From Dictyostelium discoideum (Eukaryota): a stretch of DNA of 64,000 bases. The stretch lies in NCBI GenBank assembly GCA_000004695.1, contig CM000153.2, positions 1,664,001 through 1,728,000 on the forward strand. The letters are read 5' to 3'. Shown here piece by piece: positions 57,300 to 64,000 of this stretch. The translations under genes and the position numbers were made by a program. The notes under the pieces were generated by a model. That model saw nothing but the letters and a program-made list of their open reading frames with translations. It searched no databases and was not told where the DNA came from. Within the stretch, counting starts at the first letter, position 1, and the number at the start of each line of letters is the position of its first letter.

Positions 57300-57366
57300 T
57301 AATAATAATAATAATAAAAATCAATTTAGTTATATTGATGATATTATTGATTTAGATGATGATTAA
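53686..57366 (+). CDS. ERCC4 nuclease-fold domain protein, probably an Eme1/Mms4-like non-catalytic partner (XPF/MUS81 family), 1226 aa with a very long low-complexity N-terminus
   Basis: MFPYIIERKTWKDLSASEKDGRNARQMTKMKAYGKLKGRFYLVEG matches the ERCC4 signature ERKxxxDLxxSxxDGRxxxQ…YLVE. There is no clear GDxn catalytic aspartate pair, which fits an Eme1-type partner. The Q/N/T-rich repeats (PQKQQ…) are typical Dictyostelium low complexity. Confidence 0.5.
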
Positions 57367-57745
57367 AAAATTAAAAAATAATAATAAAATTAATTGTAAA
57401 TTTGTAAATATATTCATATACGTATGTAAAAATAAGTAAAAAAACTTACCAATTAATTGATTTTGTAAAGTTTTTGATGATGTTGTAATTGTTGATGTTG
57501 TAGTTGTTCTTGGACATCTGGTTGGCTTTGACCAATTGACTCTTGTTTTTTTAATTTTTGTTCTTGGAAATTGATGTATTTCTTTCTATGTGTTGTTGTA
57601 GTCGTTGTCATCAAAAGGATTTTATTGAAGAAATGATCAAGATGCATTAAAGGTGAAAGACAATATGTTGCCATTCAAAAATATGATTACGAACTACTAA
57701 AACACCATCCTTTAAATTTGAATTACATTGTTATAAACTTAAATG

Positions 57746-57868
57746 TAATGATGCCAAAGGTATTGGTAATCTCCACAGAATATCTATTAATTAATAATGT
57801 TGTAGAATATCAACTAATAGATTTTCTATAAGATTATCAATGATCAATTTACCTTTGGCATCATTACT
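57746..57868. other. perfect 18-bp terminal inverted repeat (gtaatgatgccaaaggta / tacctttggcatcattac) enclosing an ~85-nt loop; candidate structured ncRNA or MITE-like palindrome
   Basis: Read directly from the sequence. A DUSE-like ACCCACAA lies on the minus strand at 57901-57908. Confidence 0.3.
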
Positions 57869-58039
57869 TTTAAAGCAATTCCAATCACACGTTTCCTAAT
57901 TTGTGGGTAAAGAATTGACCAACTGGGACTTAAAAGGAATGATTGCATTCAGCTTGAAATGGTAGTCCTATGTATCTTATCCATCTCTATTATGGTTTAA
58001 AATTTTTTTTCTAACATCATCCCATATTTACCATCAGTT

Positions 58040-58145
58040 CAATTCAAATGATGGTAGTCTAAACTTTTGAAGATTTTAAATGCAACTGGATCAAGACCAT
58101 GACAACTGCGATTGAAAATCTTCCAAAGTCTAAGACTACCATCCT
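58040..58145. other. second imperfect ~28-bp inverted repeat (gatggtagtctaaacttttgaagatttt / aaaatcttccaaagtctaagactaccatc) with a ~45-nt loop
   Basis: Read directly; GC-richer than the surrounding sequence. Confidence 0.3.
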
Positions 58146-58239
58146 TTGTTCTTAACTCACTAAAAAAACATGGGATGGTGTAGGCAGTTTTAGGAGCAGC
58201 AGTGGTAAAGCTGTAGTAGCAGCGGCAGTAACACCAGTA

Positions 58240-58395
58240 GTATAGGTAACATGTGTTGAAGAATATTTATTTCCATTATCATTTGTATCTGGTTTATTTC
58301 TTTGGTTACCATTAATTTTCAACCTAATATTTTTTAGATCTACAAATATTCAAGCAAGAAGATTTTCTGTTGCACCATTAATAACAGAATGTAAA
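58240..58395 (+). pseudogene. degenerate paralog of the small TM protein gene at 59068: no in-frame ATG, and the splice donor is mutated (gcagtatgta becomes acagaatgta)
   Basis: …LFLWLPLIFNLIFFRSTNIQARRFSVAPLIT… parallels MGVFVWLPFLFNIVYIRSPNIHARRIAFASMILA. GT is replaced by GA at the exon end. Confidence 0.3.
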
Positions 58396-58789
58396 AAAAA
58401 ATATAAAAAATAAAATATAAAATAATATATTAAAATTTCTTCTTTATTCTTTTACAAAAAGATTTGTTAATACTATGAAGATTATTCAATCTTTTTTTTT
58501 TTTTTTTCTTTACTTTATTTATTTTAGTTTCACCAATTTTATTTTTTAATTATGTTGTAATGTTAATATATCCAATGAGAATCATATACTTTGTAACAAT
58601 TTTCTTCTAAATATTTATTTTTTTTTTTTTTTAACCACAACCACCATTTTTATTTTTACTTTGGATTATTAAATAAACTTGTTTTTACATCTACCATTTT
58701 TTGGTTTTCCAACATCCAAAAATTAATAAAAATTTTATTTGTAAACTATCCTTTTTCCTTTTTTTTTTTTATTTATTTATTTTGCTTTT

Positions 58790-58842
<53 letters not shown>

Positions 58843-59067
58843 CCATTGATATTCAATCTTTAGTTTTTTTTTTTTTTTTTAATTTTAATAATTTTTTATA
58901 ACTATATATATAAAATTAATGATTCTAGAAAATTTGATATTGAGAGTACACATGGAGCAAGCCCAGAATTTAAAAAAGGAAATGAAATTTGTAAAAATAA
59001 ATTTAAATCAGAATCAAATCCAAAAGAATTTGAACATGATTATCCATTTTCATTAACATTCATAATA

Positions 59068-59329
59068 ATGGGGGTATTTGTTTGGTTACCATTCCTTTTC
59101 AACATTGTATATATTAGATCACCTAATATCCATGCAAGAAGAATTGCATTTGCTTCAATGATACTTGCAGTATGTATACAAAATAATAATAAAAAAAAAA
59201 AAAATTAAAAAACTAACAAATATTAAATTATATTAAAAAAAACAGGGTATTTATTTCATTGCTATTATCTTTACTGTCGCAATTGCTGGATGTGCCTTTT
59301 TCTACTATTCCTCTGATAACACCATTTAA
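59068..59329 (+). CDS. small two-helix membrane protein, join(59068..59169,59246..59329), 61 aa
   Basis: MGVFVWLPFLFNIVYIRSPNIHARRIAFASMILA|GIYFIAIIFTVAIAGCAFFYYSSDNTI. GTATGT…CAG intron, phase 0. No family recognised. Confidence 0.4.
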
Positions 59330-59376
59330 AAACTAAATAAATAAATTATAATTTTTATTTAATTAATTAAATGTTT

Positions 59377-59410
<34 letters not shown>

Positions 59411-59674
59411 TATAAAATTCAATTTTAATTTTAATCAATCTATATTTTTTTTTTTTCTAAAGTATGTTTGTAACTAATTTGTTTTTGAACAATGAAAAAA
59501 AAATTAAAAAAAAAAAGATAAAATTGTTTGTGTATATTAATAAATGGGAATAAAATTTTTTTTTACTATTTTTTTTTTTTTTTTTTTGTGAGTATGTAAT
59601 TTTTTAATTTATTTAAAAATATTTTTAATAAATCAAAATTGAACAATTTGTTTTCTTTTGAGATAATTAAAAAT

Positions 59675-61068
59675 TTAAATGTGATTATCAGTAGTATTAA
59701 TTGGGAAATCAAGATTAATATTATTTTCATCAACTAATAAACCAGATTCATTCAATTTAATGAAATTCTTTTTTTCATTTCTTTTCTTTAAGATAATTTT
59801 AATTGTCATTGCAACACCTAAAACTAACAAGATACCAATGAATATTACAATGATTGGAATTACAACTTTTTCTTCATTTTTAATTGTCTTATCTGGTGTT
59901 GTTGATAATGGTTCAATTTGACTACCACCCCTTGCAATTAAACTATGAATTAAAAATGTTGTTGCTGTTGTTTGATTGTTGTTATTTTTAAAGTTTAATG
60001 TGAATTGGTCAAATTGTTGAGTTACGTTCATTTTAATATTATAAATTATTAACTTTTCATTGGATGCTGAATATAGTAAAATAAAAGCTGGATTTTCACT
60101 TGGTATAATATTTGAAATATTAAAATTTAATTGAAATAATAATAATTCTGATGATAATGGTTGTTGTTCATTCATTAAATTGATTGAGAAAACTGAATAT
60201 TGATTTGATGTTGTATTGTAAAAACTTGTGAATATTGTTTTATTAAATACACCAATTATATTATTGTTTGTAAATTTAATTAATTGAGAATTACTTTGAT
60301 TTCCTGAAAAACCAATCCTTAGAATTTCATTGGTTGATAATGATGCAATATAATAATCTTGGGATAGTTTATCAAAATAAGTCATTGTGTCATTTAATTG
60401 CAATGTTTTATTTAAATTAACAAATTGAATTATTTCTGAATCTGCAATTACTATTACTTTATTCATATCTAAAAAACCTGTTATTTGATAATTAATTACT
60501 GAATTTTCTAAACATTCTTTATCATTTTTCTCATTTATAATATTAATTATTGGATTGTAAATATCTTTAATTCCCGTTCTTTTTCCTTGAAATTCTGTTG
60601 AAAAATTAAATTTTTTTATTTCATTATTGTTTAATGAAATAAATGAAATATCATTTTCAAAATTACTTTTATTAAAATTATTTATTAAAATCTAAAATTA
60701 GAGAAAAAAAAAAAAAAAAAAAAAAAAAAATTAGTACCAAAGTATTTTTTAATATAAATTACAAAGTGAATAAAAAAAAAAAAACTTACAGTTTCACTAT
60801 TTATAATATTCATTAATGTTTCAAAAATATTTTCATTATTTACAAAATTAAAATTAAATAATTGAATGGTTGTAGAATTATTTTTAATATCAGTTCTTGT
60901 TATAATGTGATTAGTTACATTTTTTGCATCGGTTTGAATCGAATAAATTGATGTTGGTGCTAAAAACAAACCATCTTTCATATACTTGCAACTAAAATTT
61001 TCATTACATTTTGAAAAATCAAAACTTAATAATAGTATTAAAAATATTATTACCAAATTTGATTTCAT
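59675..61068 (-). CDS. type I membrane glycoprotein (signal peptide, N-glycosylation-rich ectodomain, one TM, short basic tail); join(59675..60691,60790..61068), ~431 aa
   Basis: N-terminal MKSNLVIIFLILLLSFDFSKC. Many NxS/T sites. C-terminal VVIPIIVIFIGILLVLGVAMTIKIILKKRNEKK. Intron GTAAGT…TTTAG, phase 0. Confidence 0.5.
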
Positions 61069-61201
61069 TCTTTTTTTTTTTTTTTTTTTTCTTAATCTTT
61101 TTTTTTAAAAAAAAAAAAAGAATAAGACACAATATTATTAATTAAATTAATTAATATATGTAAGGTGTGTGTGAAATTATGTGTAGAAAAAAAAAAAAAT
61201 A

Positions 61202-61237
<36 letters not shown>

Positions 61238-61960
61238 AAAATAAAAAAAAAAAAAGACAAATTAGTGAAATGGTCAGAAAGTTGGAGAAATCGATAAGCC
61301 ACAAACTGATTTTTTTTTTTTTTTTTTTTTTTTTTATGAAAAGTTTTTTATTTTTACAAATAAAAATCACAAGATATCAAATTGCATTTATTTTCTTTTT
61401 ATTTTGAATTTTTATTTCTATTTTTATTTATATTTTTTTTATTTTGGTTAATATTTGCAGTTTAGATTTAAAAAAAAAAGTTGTTATCTAAATTAAAAAT
61501 CAAAGTCAAAAATTTAATAAATAAAATTAAAATTTATTTGTTTTTTCTAAATAATTCCAATGGAATTTAGACATTGTATAAAGGATTCCAATTTAAATTG
61601 AACAATAATAAACCTAAAATGATTTTTATAATTATTTAATTATTTAATTAAAAAAAAAAAATAAAAAAAAAAAAAAATGAATGAACGTTCATTTTTTTTA
61701 AATTATATATCATTTTGTGTGTGTTTGGGTGCTCTATTTTTATACTAAATTCACATACATATAAAAATAAATAAAATTAATAAATGATTGTTAAAAAAAA
61801 AGATATGAAAAAATAAAAATGAAAATATTTTTTAAGTGAAAATAGAAAAAAAAATAAAAAAAAAAAAGTTTGTCAAATGATTAGTTCTTTTTTATCCTTT
61901 TATTTTCATGTTTATTTTTTTTTTATTTTTTTCTATTTATTTTATTTATTATTAAAATGA

Positions 61961-63775
<1,815 letters not shown>

Positions 63776-63839
63776 TTTGTGGTTATATTTTTATTTTCAT
63801 TTTTATTTTTATTTTCATTTTTTCTTTTTTTTTTTTTTT

Positions 63840-63870
<31 letters not shown>

Positions 63871-64000
63871 TTAATTACAACGAACAAAAATTTTCAGGAA
63901 AAAAAAAAAAATTTCCAAAAAATTTAATTTACAAATTTTTAAGATGATTTAGAAAAATTATTAATAAAAAATGGATAGTTTTGAAATGATTAGAACTTTG

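Noticed and set aside
57453-57674. 73-aa minus-strand ORF downstream of the ERCC4 gene
   Set aside because: No start context, no homology, and it lies in the 3' flank of a convergent gene. It is most likely a chance ORF, though it is not AT-poor enough to exclude entirely.
57746-58145. Box C/D snoRNA interpretation of the two hairpins (5' arms begin aATGATG)
   Set aside because: A credible box D (CUGA) is not present near either 3' arm, and the stems of 18-28 bp are far longer than snoRNA terminal stems. They are kept as unclassified hairpins or MITE candidates instead.

Overview
The window is AT-rich (~78% A+T) eukaryotic chromosomal DNA with (AAT)n/(ATT)n microsatellites, poly-N/Q low-complexity coding and short GTAAGT...AG introns. 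This is characteristic of a dictyostelid social amoeba (Dictyostelium-like), and a 100-N scaffold gap indicates a draft assembly. There are no bacterial features such as CRISPR arrays or operons.

The first ~13 kb is an accessory/repeat region:
- 1-2240 holds the 3' part of a TRE-like non-LTR retrotransposon, ending in a 43-nt poly(A) tail.
- 2250-4990 and 10690-12840 form a mosaic of segmentally duplicated blocks. They carry six Class I ncRNA(-like) loci, recognised by a 5'/3' GTTGAC/GTCAAC stem plus the CCTTACAGCAA motif. Five of the six have a DUSE-like (A/T)CCCA(C/T)AA box 72-80 nt upstream.
- 4990-10690 is a unique, slightly GC-richer island. Its largest ORF (734 aa) is a superfamily-3 helicase of the D5 / phage P4-alpha primase-helicase type (Walker A GQQGCGKS, Walker B FVAVDEL, motif C CCTTSN). 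An iteron-like tandem repeat plus hairpin region sits immediately upstream of it, and a neighbouring ORF carries an HHCC-like zinc motif. This is the best candidate in the window for an undescribed integrated replicon or virus-like element.

The remaining ~51 kb is ordinary gene-dense chromosome. Splice models worked out by hand support:
- NELF-B (3 exons)
- prolyl-tRNA synthetase
- a secreted protein
- Elongin C
- kynureninase
- UBL5/Hub1
- an alternating inverted triplication of SDR dehydrogenase paralogs, plus a fragment
- a VPS9-domain Rab GEF
- an MST/Hippo kinase with a SARAH domain (krsA-like, 461 aa)
- CAF1/CNOT7
- a PRC1/MAP65/Ase1 homolog
- ATX1 copper chaperone
- MO25/CAB39
- a transmembrane metallophosphoesterase
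- an OGC/DIC-like mitochondrial carrier (7 exons)
- an ERCC4-domain (Eme1/Mms4-like) protein
- a tandem pair of small TM protein genes
- a type I membrane glycoprotein
- tubulin cofactor C

A recurring anomaly: four otherwise conserved ORFs (krsA exon 1, MO25 exon 5, SDR-A exon 1, SDR-C) each carry a single extra base in a homopolymer that breaks the frame. The pattern points to sequence/assembly error rather than biology.
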